This document shows positions 12,201-21,998 of a stretch of 64,000 bases of DNA, one piece after another. Within the stretch, counting starts at the first letter, position 1. Every line of letters begins with the position of its first letter. Under the pieces are notes generated by a model. It was not told where the DNA came from and did not search any database. It worked only from the letters and a program-made list of their open reading frames with translations. Made by a program: the position numbers and the translations under genes. This DNA comes from Priapulus caudatus (Eukaryota): positions 287,485 through 351,484 of the forward strand of contig NW_014577089.1 in assembly GCF_000485595.1 (NCBI RefSeq), written 5' to 3'.

Positions 12201-13583
12201 TGTGTTGGTTTTTATTCATTGGTATTTTCTACAGCCAGATATAACAAAAATATACACAGCACCCAGTCCCGTATACTCACATGTACACTCACACACACAG
12301 ACACGCACAGATGCATGCACATATTACTGAAAGCTTTGCCAGCAAGCTAGAAATAGCTAAAAAATACAGTGCTCAGTATGTGCCACATCAAATAGATTAA
12401 CTGTCTGGCTTTACACACAAAGTCCGAGTGAGTATCAGGAAAATATATTCTGATTGCCAATTTCGAAGCACTACGTAAATACTTGGTAATTCGGATTTTC
12501 CGAATTCTAGACGTGTCTGCATCAAACCGGACTTAAGAGTCAGACATGACACATTGATTCATTACTTCATTTTATGCCGATTTTGAAAAGGCAGAAACTC
12601 ACGCATAGTAGTGCACCAGGCCAAAAAAATCAATGATTCTATGTACTCACACATCTACTTCACATAAGTAGCAACGGTTATTCTCGATGACATGCTTGTG
12701 CTTTGTACGATCGAACTTGGGCATGGGCTTGTTCGGGCTGCGTCGTCTCAAGTTGGGATCAGCTGGGTTGAGGCTACAACTCAGTATAGTGACTATGATA
12801 TGTGATGCAAAGAGGAAGCCATTAATCTGAAGCAGCAAATATTAAGGATAGTCCCTGGTACACATGATCATACATATATGATTACCATAACGTTTTAATT
12901 CATGGGTTCATGCTCCGTAGTTAAATGTCTAATTAGACTCTAACAAACCAATGATACAGCTATACTATTGCTTAAAAATACTCATTAAGCCTATTGCTTA
13001 CGATCTCATAAAAACAAATTGCAGACACTACCCTATAAAGTTTAGCAACAGTCTATTTTTTTTATTCATGAAAATATCTAATATTTTTGCCTGTAATTAT
13101 GGTAAGAAGAAAAAGGCGGGAAAATCACAGATGATATTGGTCAATTTAATAAAGACACTTTAACAGGTCAACAGCTGTGGGCAAGGCAAGAGACAGATAA
13201 CACGCCTCTGATAATAAACAACAGTCTCATCTTATTTATACTTATTGTAATGAAACTAGAAGGTACATGATGATAGCCCATGTTAATAGCAAGTTCTTAG
13301 GGTAAATTTTTTGCTGAACTATATATCGGAAGTAGATGAGTAGTATGTAATTGTAAGATAATTCATAATTAAGCTCTCAGAGAAATTTGCTAACATACAT
13401 TCAATGAAAGGATACAATGTAACCAGCTGGCTGCCATTCAACTGCAAGTGTGGGAACCATGATTCCAAAGTACACGACACCAAAGTAGGCAATGAAGCAC
13501 CACGCAGTAATCTGGAGGGGATGTGGAGGCCATGACCATCCAGTCTTGCGACTAAACTGCCGATGAATGTCTTCATCAGGCAT
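693..13583 (-). CDS. ZDHHC1: DHHC palmitoyltransferase, ZDHHC1/ZDHHC11 subfamily (multi-exon; 3' part lies beyond the left edge)
   Basis: Exons 13416-13583, 12651-12826, 9430-9531, 4596-4714, 3006-3137, 693-818 splice in frame with GT-AG ends. Translation has [42 protein letters not shown] (DHHC Cys-rich domain) and [12 protein letters not shown], which I recognise as ZDHHC1/11-type motifs. Confidence 0.9.
1623..1880. repeat. 100-bp perfect inverted repeat abutting the assembly gap (contains a MITE-like end ttaagcccggcgcacacg)
   Basis: 1623-1722 is the reverse complement of 1781-1880; the right arm ends exactly at the N run. Confidence 0.85.
1881..2619. other. Assembly gap (N run)
   Basis: Contiguous Ns. 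Confidence 1.
3006..3137 (-). CDS. ZDHHC1: ZDHHC1-like coding exon 5 (putative, symmetric phase 1-1, luminal loop)
   Basis: Open in the required frame ([44 protein letters not shown]); tttgcag acceptor, GTAAGT donor; no homology support. Confidence 0.6.
3795..4151 (-). mobile_element. Three same-orientation terminal fragments of a pogo/Tigger-like DNA transposon
   Basis: Related ~60-75 bp segments at ~3795-3853, ~3941-4016 and ~4080-4151, each ending ...gataag(g)a...ac(c/a)tgta (TA-CAGG-type terminus on the minus strand). Confidence 0.5.
4596..4714 (-). CDS. ZDHHC1: ZDHHC1-like coding exon 4 (transmembrane helix 3)
   Basis: [39 protein letters not shown]; ttttcag acceptor, GTAGGT donor, phase 2-1. 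Confidence 0.88.
5241..5707 (-). mobile_element. Helentron-type non-autonomous element (HINE/DINE-1-like), copy A, 3' part
   Basis: Reverse complement of the 3' end of 32326-33267 (gggggatacatgtagttggcgacaactgccct) plus ~2 internal ~150-bp units. Confidence 0.8.
5708..6449 (-). mobile_element. Penelope-like element fragment: C-terminal region and GIY-YIG endonuclease (frameshifted)
   Basis: [10 protein letters not shown]...[44 protein letters not shown]; then [12 protein letters not shown] and [14 protein letters not shown] in shifted frames. Confidence 0.9.
6450..7410 (+). mobile_element. Penelope-like element fragment: N-terminal region and start of the reverse transcriptase (truncated)
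   Basis: ORF 6549-7451 contains [26 protein letters not shown] and [21 protein letters not shown], hallmark PLE pre-RT motifs; the ORF then runs into host-element sequence. Confidence 0.92.
7411..7482 (-). mobile_element. Helentron-type non-autonomous element copy A, 5' end
   Basis: Reverse complement reads tgtatcccccgcgacgaagtcggcggggatac...cagccgccgccgcc, as at the starts of the copies at 32326 and 35232. Confidence 0.8.
7680..7950. repeat. (GA)n / purine-rich low-complexity tract
   Basis: Direct reading. Confidence 0.9.
9430..9531 (-). CDS. ZDHHC1: ZDHHC1-like coding exon 3 (DHHC motif)
   Basis: [33 protein letters not shown]; phase 2-2; too short for the ORF track. Confidence 0.95.
10052..10258 (+). 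mobile_element. MITE with 9-bp TSD (Mutator-like by TSD length) carrying CCCTAA repeats, copy 1
   Basis: TIRs gctgagagggtctatgtcccc / ggggacatagaccctatgagc; TSD GTCACTAAC at 10043-10051 and 10259-10267. Confidence 0.85.
10773..11364. mobile_element. Non-autonomous DNA transposon with TTAA TSD (Kolobok-like)
   Basis: TIRs ggatagactcagggtt / aaccctgagtctatcc, each flanked by TTAA. Confidence 0.75.
11633..11821. mobile_element. hAT-type MITE
   Basis: Ends cagtgaaaaaaata / tatttttttccctg; perfect 8-bp TSD CCTGCTCT. Confidence 0.8.
12651..12826 (-). CDS. ZDHHC1: ZDHHC1-like coding exon 2
   Basis: [27 protein letters not shown]...[17 protein letters not shown] acceptor, GTGAGT donor, phase 0-2. 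Confidence 0.9.
12827..13415 (-). other. U12-type (minor spliceosome) GT-AG intron
   Basis: 5' splice site GTATCCTTT; TCCTTAAT branch motif (plus-strand attaagga, 12841-12848) about 15 nt before the CAG acceptor. Confidence 0.85.
13416..13583 (-). CDS. ZDHHC1: ZDHHC1-like coding exon 1
   Basis: [28 protein letters not shown]...PAGYI; ATG directly preceded by an acceptor (ttcgcag), implying an upstream 5' exon; donor GTATCCTTT. Confidence 0.88.
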
Positions 13584-14376
13584 CTGCGAAATACAGCGTA
13601 AAGACTCTCATTAGTCTCTGGTAGTTCGAAGTAACGATTTATACATTTTCACTGCTTCGACAACAGCAACGAGCCAACAACAGTAACATTAATATGAAAC
13701 TGTAGTTTACAAAAACTTTAGCTGTACGGAAAGAAGATGAGCGTAAACGGCAAACAATTTCAGATAATTTTTGGGCCTTCAGGTCGATCAGTACTTGAAC
13801 CACCCAAATCTAACAATGTGACTGATAATAAAGGTGAGTCAGTTGGTAATAGTGATGTTCCCTCGTACTGGTGCCAGCACTCTGCACCCAGATCTCTGCC
13901 ACATGGAAAGCTACATAAGTCAGCCAACACGGATCACACAGGTAAACATTATCATGTTCCTGCGTAATCTGGAGTCAAGATTCTGGATGAGGACAGCTTT
14001 CTTCTAGGTACATAAGTAATCTCCATCCAAATTCGCAAACACGCAGACAACATGAACAGGGATTGTGGGGCATACACACTGCCATATATATATATATAGC
14101 ATCAATGCTGTTACACATCCTTAAATTAATGAATTGTTTATTTATTTTATGTTGGTTTTACGTTTACCATCCCACAACTATTACAGATACGATATTGTAA
14201 CCCTGCAGTATCTTTCGGCCCAAATCGAGGCAACTCCAGCTCGAGGTGGCTGTAAAATGGGTTTAGCATGTTACCAGGGACATGCATCTGCATGCAGCAA
14301 TAGAATTGCGTACCATATACATAATGCCATATAGCTCTAGCCGTGTGGCCCCTTCGCTCCACGTAGTTTCTGCACG

Positions 14377-14498
14377 GCGTAGGCGGCTCCCTAGACTCGT
14401 TAGTGGAGTAGGCGAGGTACGGTCCGGCATATTAGATAGTAGTATTTAGTACCAGGGTACGTTCCGGCAGTACCCTGGGGGACATAGACCCTATCAGC
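14377..14498 (-). mobile_element. Truncated copy of the 9-bp-TSD MITE family
   Basis: Reverse complement matches the left part of 10052-10258 and 31466-31748. Confidence 0.8.
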
Positions 14499-14507
14499 CT
14501 TACTTAA

Positions 14508-14670
14508 GGCCCCCGCACACGGTGCGCCGTTAGCGCATGCGAGCAAAATATCTATCACGTTTGATTTTATTGGCTCAGCGCCGAATGTGCACCGTTTGCG
14601 TGCGCATTCGGTGCGCGCGTTTAGCACAGCGCCATTGGCGCTCACCGAATATGCACCGTGTGCGGGAGCC
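14508..14670. mobile_element. PIF/Harbinger-like MITE
   Basis: TIRs ggcccccgcacacggtgc / gcaccgtgtgcgggagcc; left flank taa. Confidence 0.6.
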
Positions 14671-14899
14671 GTGAAAATGTAAAGAGGACGTATCATCTGA
14701 AAATCCCTAACGGCGCTACTTCCAACCGATCGCTGTAGTCGTGTGTGTGTGATGTCATGCCCGCGCGGCGCGCGCATTATGCTTGGCTTGGCGGGCCTCG
14801 AAACGGAGCTCGGAGGCAGGCAGCAGCTCATCCCGGCATGCAATGCGCCGCCATTACTCGCGTATAAACAGACATCTCGTCCTCCTTACATTTTCACGG
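14669..14899. mobile_element. MITE with CCGTGAAAATGTAA termini (possible 2-bp AG TSD)
   Basis: TIRs ccgtgaaaatgtaaagaggacg / cgtcctccttacattttcacgg. Confidence 0.7.
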
Positions 14900-15979
14900 A
14901 GAGAACATTTCCTGCATGATTTCACAAGATATCTCTAGCGGGAGTAGGTAAGAACAAAAGACAGAGTTATAATTCGAACAAGTGGACATTTAGCTACAGA
15001 TAGATACCAAGATGGAGGCTGTTTGTTGTGTTTCTGTTCTGTAGTCGTGTGAAATGAAGCGAGCGTCGAGCGAATTTTGCAATCACGCTTTCCTACCTGC
15101 TCTCTTATTCATGATGTTTGTGCACAGGGCGGGCGTGCGGTGTACTTGTGACTGTGTGTTGCAGATGAGCATTTGACCGGCATTTACGGATAATTATCGG
15201 CAATATAAATAGGCGAAATAGAGTAGAGAAACATTAAGACTGGTAGTGGTAGTAAATACATTTCGTGTTTATTTACCATTATTTTTTTAAATTGAAACGT
15301 TCCAATGGCCTGTGCTCTTAGTCACGCCTAAAGCCTACACTGTACACACTCAGTCTAGCCTACTGACTACTGTACCTAACCCGACCAGGCTGTGTGACTA
15401 ACGTCAATATACAGACTACAGTACAGTACGGTATTCTAACCCTAGCAATACCGTTTCTTGGAGCTAACTCATGCAGTAACTGTACCTTGTAACTTGTACT
15501 TGTAGTTGTAGCGCTGAGTCGACGCCGGGAGAATCTACATTGTGATCTTTTTATTTGAGAGATACTTGTAATCTAATACAATGTTTGCATAACGTTGTTC
15601 GCATTGTATAACATTCATATTTACGATAATGCCACAGCGTTATGAGGATGAAACACACTTGTGCGCGATTAGAACCGCAATGGCGAATGCCAAATAACGC
15701 CTTAGCAACATGGAAAACACCGCAACGAAATATAGATCCCAACAGAATAGACATTTTACGCAGAAAATAACACTAATAATAGATTATAATATAACTATTT
15801 CACGACTACACTTTAAAAATATTTGATATTGGTATATTAAATGTTGTTTCGAATAAATTTTCCGGTAAAGCAGATATCACACGGACAATGAATAGGAACA
15901 GTTATTTTCGGGACGCGTAATCTCTGAACCGCGAAATCTCAGATATATCAAAAATAAGATCAGCCGGGACCGACTGACT

Positions 15980-16849
15980 CAGGGGCGGATCAGGAATTTT
16001 TGAAAAATGACAGTGTCAGGAAGAAATAAAGGGGCACTTTTCCTCTTAATTTTTCTAGGTTCCGAAGGCCATTTATTATTTTTTAATTGCGTGCATCTCG
16101 AAGAGCATCTTGAGGCAGTAATTTATCAATTTTGATGTCTAGAATGCAAAAATTTATCAGATCCGGTCCCCCTGGACCCCTCTTAGCTTATTTCTAATTT
16201 TTCATAACGAATTTACATATCTATAAGTAAATCTTTATCAGAAAACTAGCGCTAAACAAGATTTTTTCTATGAGGACAATAGCCGCGTTCACACGGAGCA
16301 AAAGGAACCGGGTCGAAAACGAACCGCGTGTCGAGAAATCGACACGGAGCGCTCGTTGAGAGAGAGCGTCACACGATACGCTATGCGAAAGATGCGAGCT
16401 GAGAAAAAAGTACAAGCGTCCAAGCGAACAATGCGAATTAAACAATCAAACTCCTTCTGACTGACTTCCAACCTTTGCTTCCAACTATTCTGTTTACTTT
16501 CGTGTTGTGACGTACTAATTCCAACCCGAGTCGCGCGTTCACACGCAAAAATGAACCAGGACTCGAGCTCGTTTTCGACTCGAGTCGTTTTCGTACCAAG
16601 AAAACGTCCGTGTGAACGCTCGTCCCGGGACGCATTTGACACGGTTCGTTTCGACCCGAGTTCCTTCCGCTCCGTGTGACACGCGGCTAATATAAGAGAA
16701 GTGTGCGCTGGTGTGTGGTGTGTGTGCGCGCACGAGGCGTTCGTGCGTGCGTGCGGGTGCGTGCGTGCGTCGTGTTGTGTATGCTTTTTCCTTTTGTGGT
16801 AACAGGGGGGGTACCGGACCCCCTCGACGCCCCCTCTGGATCCGCCCTG
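15980..16849. mobile_element. hAT-like MITE interrupted by a nested MITE
   Basis: Ends caggggcggatcagg / ctggatccgccctg; near-TSD actgact / actgatct. Confidence 0.65.
16281..16688. mobile_element. PIF/Harbinger-like MITE nested in the hAT-like MITE
   Basis: Long imperfect TIRs agccgcgttcacacggagc / gctccgtgtgacacgcggct; 3-bp flanks aat/aat. Confidence 0.75.
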
Positions 16850-17006
16850 ACTGATCTACCATCTAGTAAATATATTAAATAATATATATATATATATATA
16901 TAATATACATCTGTATGCTTTGCTATCACTGCTGTAGAGTGCTCAATGCATTTAATTGCAGAGCGTAATATATGTGTAATAGATTAAACACAAGACATCA
17001 CTTTTT

Positions 17007-17048
17007 GCTGTTACTCAGAGTTTCACGCTTGCGCGATCATCAGACATA
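17007..17048 (-). ncRNA. Minimal type I hammerhead ribozyme motif (left arm)
   Basis: Minus strand: tgt-CTGATGA-tcgc gcaa gcgt-GAAAC-tctga-GTA-acagc. Confidence 0.75.
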
Positions 17049-19331
17049 TTTAATGAAATAATAAACCTTGTATACATTCCATAATCCATATAAAGCATGA
17101 TAGCGCTATTGTTTTAGTTATCTATTGTTATGTAGTTCTAGTACTATAGCTCCGTACGGTTGCTGCGGAAACCGTACGCGGGCCATAGTTACCAAAGTCA
17201 GAAGATCAAATATTTAATGGGGTTCTGCTGTATATTGTGTTCGACTTTTACTTTTTTGTTTGTTTCTAATCTTATTGCCGCTATTTATACGAAAATTCAG
17301 TCCTACTATCCGTAAATTTCGTACGTTAAGCCTCCTGTCCCGTCCGCAAATTAACACCAAATTATGCAATATGCCACGAGAGCGCGTAAAAGTATCGTGC
17401 GAGAAAAACGCGTTATTTTACGTCACCCGTACAGTTAAATGATTACCGCCTCCTGCTCGTAACGGCCGCTAGGGCCTACTCGCTAGAAACGCATCTTGCT
17501 AGGCTGCCACGGAAAATATAGCAACCATATTAACAAGCACAACAAGAAAATAACCAGACAAAACCCCATCCCCTCCCAGAAAGGATGCAACTGCCGAAAA
17601 CGAAGAACAATGCCCACCACAACCGTAACGCCTATCAACTAGCCTAGTCTACAACGCACAGTAACTACAAGAGAAGACACCATAGGAGAGAACTACATAG
17701 ACTTACAGAGGAAGCATTTAAACAACAACGTCATACTAAACCACAAGCTATCGTTCGAAACAGAAATACCTTAACAGCACTGAGCTCTCAAAGCACAATC
17801 TGGAAACTGAAAAGACGACAAGAAAAAATTATAAATCAATTGCTCAATCATCACTTCAGCAAGCCCATACAACAACATCTCTAAAAAATGCATCTCTGTT
17901 TAGCAGAAAAACTTTATATTATAAGCCGACAAATCCAGGCTACTTAATAGAAATCAGAACAATTCGAAGTGCCGCACGAAAACAAATATTACCTAATGAA
18001 CATGAAGAGCACAGGAAAACTGGAGAATCCTCATCATATTAACACACGGTTAACGCTATCACACAGGTGACTGTGACCTCGATCTCGTGCAAGCACTGTG
18101 GCAAGATCATCAGTCTCGACCCCAGCGAGAAACATCACAACTGCCGCTGCGGTACGTGGTCAACGCTACATGAGCAGACGACATTGACGAACGGCTAACT
18201 CTCGCATCTGTCGATGGACTACGGCCAGAACATCATCGGACAGCGACGCACAGTGAGTGTCGACCATTGCCGCACTTACAGCCATACAGGAGAGTCATGC
18301 CACGTTGAAGGAGGTTACGATACGGCAGCATCTCTATCAGAAGGCGCCCGACGGTGGAGTACGCAGCATGTAACGTTTAACGTAACAGCATTTTCCTACG
18401 CGATATCTTTTATGCTCGCACATACATAATTTTCTGACGAGATTATGTAACGATATTTACGAAAATATAGTGAATTTTCTTATAAATGGGCGGCAATAAC
18501 GTTACCGTCCGCCGAAATACTGCAGCGCATGATTGACTCAATTTGATTCATAATTTTTCTTGCGTCTTTTCAGTTTGCCAGATTGCTTTGAGACTCAGTG
18601 CTGTTAGCGTATCCTCTGTGTTCGAACGATAGCTTTGTGTTTAGTATGACGTTGTTTAAATTTCCTCTGTAAGTCCTATGTAGTTCTCATCCTATGGTGT
18701 CTTCCTCTGTAGTTACATGTCGTTGTAGACTAGGCTAGTTGATAGGCAGTTACTGTCGAGTGGGCATTGTTCTTTTCCGTTTCGGCAGTTGCATCCTTTC
18801 TGGGAGGGGATGGGCTTGTCGCTGGTTATTTCTTGTTGTGCTTGTTAATTATGGTTGATATTTTCCGTCAGCTAGCAAGTGACGTTTCTAGCGAGTAGGC
18901 CCTAGCGGCCGTTACGAGCAGGAGCGGTAATCATATAACGTACCGGGTAACGTAAAATAACCGTTTTCCTCGCACGATACTTTTACGCGCTCTCGTGCGC
19001 ATATTGCATAATTGTTGTTAATTTGCGGACGGACAGGAGGCTTAACGTGACGAAATTTACGGATAGTAGGACTGAATTTTTCGTATAAAATAGCGGCAAT
19101 AAGATTAGAAACAAACAAAAAAGTTAAAAGTCGAACAACAATATACCAGCAGAACAACCCATATAAAATTGATCTACTGACTTTGGTAAGTATGGCCCGC
19201 GTACTGGTTCCGCAGGCAACCGTACGCGAGCTATAGTTACTAAGAACTACATAACAATAGATAACTTAAAAACATAGCGTATTCATGTTTATATGGATTA
19301 TGGAATGTATACAAGGTTATTATTCATTAAA

Positions 19332-19373
19332 GTTGTCTGATGATCGCGCAAGCGTGAAACTCTAGAGTACAGC
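19332..19373 (+). ncRNA. Minimal type I hammerhead ribozyme motif (right arm)
   Basis: gttgt-CTGATGA-tcgc gcaa gcgt-GAAAC-tctaga-GTA-cagc; stem II CGC/GCG with GCAA loop; helix III region ACTCTAGAGT is a perfect palindrome. Confidence 0.8.
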
Positions 19374-19399
19374 AAAAAGTGATGTCTTGTGTTTAATAT

Positions 19400-19470
19400 C
19401 TACAATATAATATATATAATATATATATATATATTATATATATATATAATATATATATATATATATTATC
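19400..19470. repeat. (TA)n microsatellite
   Basis: Direct reading. Confidence 0.9.
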
Positions 19471-20149
19471 AGGGGTTGAAAATGCCATTATTAACCCATG
19501 ATATTATATTTATATATATTTATATATATTATAACGATATATTTCAATATTATTAGCGATCTTCGCTGGAATGCACATGCACATTGATTATATTTGACGA
19601 ATATAATTGTTATTATATATTTAATTAATAATTATATTGATGAAACTGACTTTTCTACTTCTATTCGCCTCTTTGCTGACGGCGCAGTTCTATACCGCAC
19701 TATCACCAATAAGGGTGATCAGTTATAATAACGTTTAATAACGTTTAGTAACGTTTATTAACGTTTAATAACGTTTAATGTTAATTACCCTTACTTACAA
19801 ATATTTGGATGTAATTATTAGTAGCGATCTTCGCTGGAATGCCCACATTGATTATATTTGTAACACGATGCGTCCTAGACGTACGTCCAAAACGCACCGT
19901 GTATGACAATGCAAATGTATGACCCTTGCGATATCGGATGCACAGGACGGATGTTCCTGCAAATAGGCAAAATGTTCCTGCAATGTTCCTTGTAAATAGG
20001 CCTTTAGCTTTGCCGATTCTAAATGCCTTGCTCAAAAAGGTCCGAGTATGACGCCGTCCCGCCGTCTGTCGGGGAATTCGAAGTAAATTGATGAACAAAA
20101 ATAACAGCGAAACCCGAATTCGCTTCTTTGTGAAACAATGCTCACACTA

Positions 20150-20321
20150 CACGCGCGCACGCACGCACGCACGCACACACGCACGCACGCACGCACGCAC
20201 ACACACACAATTAAACTCTCTCTCTCTCTCCACCCCTCTATCTATCGATCTTTATCTGTATCTTGACCTCTAGTTCTTTCTCTCTCACCCTCGATCTCTC
20301 TCTCTCTTTCTTTCTTGCTTT

Positions 20322-20360
<39 letters not shown>
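20150..20360. repeat. (GCAC)n and (TC)n microsatellites
   Basis: Direct reading. Confidence 0.9.
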
Positions 20361-20362
<2 letters not shown>

Positions 20363-20711
20363 TGTTATATGAACACTAAAACTACTAAAAATGGTCATCC
20401 GCCCACCTCAAGAAGGACGGGGTTGTTTCGGGACGCAGGATTAGACAAGGGGACCGAGATATTTTCGTGATTCGGTCAACCAGTCAACCAGGACGTACAC
20501 GGGACAGCCGACATTGCTATATTATAGGAACGGGAATCTGGGAAATGGCATATTTCTACATGGGAAACTGGGAATATAGACAACCCCGCCTCCTCTCAAT
20601 GTTGGCTCCAATAATAAAAGTACATTCAATAAACACAGTTTCTTACGAAGGCTCATATATGTACGCTCGACTATCGCCTAATAATTTATTATTATTATTA
20701 TTATTATTATT

Positions 20712-21556
20712 TCCAAAGTGGATCACGGCATTAGCCGGTGGCTTCTGGGTTGACCTTGTCCCAAACCTGGGACATAGGGATTCAATCCAGAATTTTTCGC
20801 AGGATGTGTGCTGTTCCCAGTAGAGCGATTTCTGCACTTCTTGGGCAGTGTGGTGGCCATGGAGTTTCGACCCTTAAGGTTTTTCTCAAAACTATTCTTT
20901 ATACAGCCAAGGGCTCCAACCACCACTAGCTGGTACAATTCTCGTCTTAGTATTACACATCCTCCTAATTTCGATCGCCAGATCTTTGTACTTGGTGAGT
21001 TTGTCTCTTTCCTTCACCATGATGTTAGAATCATCTGGTACGGCTACGTCAATTAACAGCCATCGTTTTTCTTTCCTGTTGTGGAGCACTATATCAGGGC
21101 GGTTTGCAGGTATCGTGCGATCTGTCTGCACTGCCATGTCCCACATTATGGTAGTATCTCCGATGTTGGTAACTGGTCTCGGAGTATGTTCATACCACTT
21201 GTCAGGTACTTGCTCACCAAGTTCACTGCAGATTGACCAGTGCAGATAGCTGGCTACCTTGTTGTGGCGATTTATGTACTCGGTTGGCGCCAGCACTGTG
21301 CATCCGGCGATGATGTGGCTGATGGGCTAGCTCTTCTGCCTTGCTGCACACTCTGCACTTGCTGTTGACCTGTTGCTTGAGGATGTTGCGTTGATGGTAT
21401 CTGGTGTTGAGTGCTTGGTCTTGGACTGCAATGATCAGACTTTCTGTCTCCCCATTGAGCCCGGAAATACTCAGCCAGGCAACGCTTGCAGTCTTGTCGA
21501 CAAATGGCCTGTCGAGGTTCTTGTAGAATCTTCCAATGCAAAGGCTTGTTCTTCAA
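20712..21556 (-). mobile_element. 5'-truncated R4/Dong-clade non-LTR retrotransposon (CCHC finger + restriction-like endonuclease), frameshifted
   Basis: KNKPLH...QDQALNT...CRVC...ISHIIAGC.VLAPTEYINRHNKVASYLHW...WYEH...RPDIV...LIDVAVP...KLTKYKDL...VVVGALG; (TAA)n at the 3' end (20686-20711) and a degenerate (TTA)n tract at ~21600-21638. Confidence 0.88.
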
Positions 21557-21998
21557 TATCTCGATCTTCTCTGCTTCTATATTATATATTTCTATATTTT
21601 ATTATTATTATTATAATTATTACTATTAATATTATTAAGTGCCGTTCAAATACTTCTCTACAGCGCACGCACACCACTATTTGCAATCCAGTTTATGGTG
21701 CAATTAATCTCACGAAAGGAAAAAAAACTGCACATGCAGTGATGTGCGTGCGGCAAGAGTGCATGCACGTGTGTTGTGGAGGATGGTTTGAACGGTATTT
21801 GTGTGGCGGGTACTAGGCGACAGATGCTACATAAGCATTACAACTTCTAAGATAAATACAATTTGTATTTATTCACTATCAGTTTGTTATTGAAAAGGCT
21901 AAAGTGCTTGCACGTGCTACAGCCCATCGCGAAGAACCGCGCTGAGCCGCGCTGCCAAGGGGGAAGAATGCGCACGTTGAATATGCGGCTATGCCTTA

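Larger units (their letters stand above)
16983..19396. mobile_element. Fold-back Penelope-like element (GIY-YIG with extra Cys/His motifs, Naiad-like) with ~870-bp inverted arms
   Basis: 16983-~17850 is the reverse complement of ~18530-19396. Joining frames across many 1-bp indels gives IINKHNKK...GCNCR.KEQCPLDSNCLSTSLVY...ENYIGLTE..FKQRH..HK.SF...STELSK.IWKLK...PYNNISKKC.LCLAEKLYI...KCRHENKY (+ at ~17510-18000; partial copy - at ~18530-18870). (TA)n lies on both flanks. Confidence 0.85.

Noticed and set aside
13737..13967. 76-aa plus-strand ORF upstream of ZDHHC1
   Set aside because: No recognisable motif and no linked exon chain.
15091..15200. Possible non-coding first exon of ZDHHC1 (minus-strand donor at ~15096)
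   Set aside because: Only a donor-like motif; boundaries cannot be supported without transcripts.
17490..18870. Selenocysteine recoding in the Naiad-like endonuclease
   Set aside because: Readable Cys positions are TGC in at least one arm, indels prevent reliable framing, and no SECIS was recognised.
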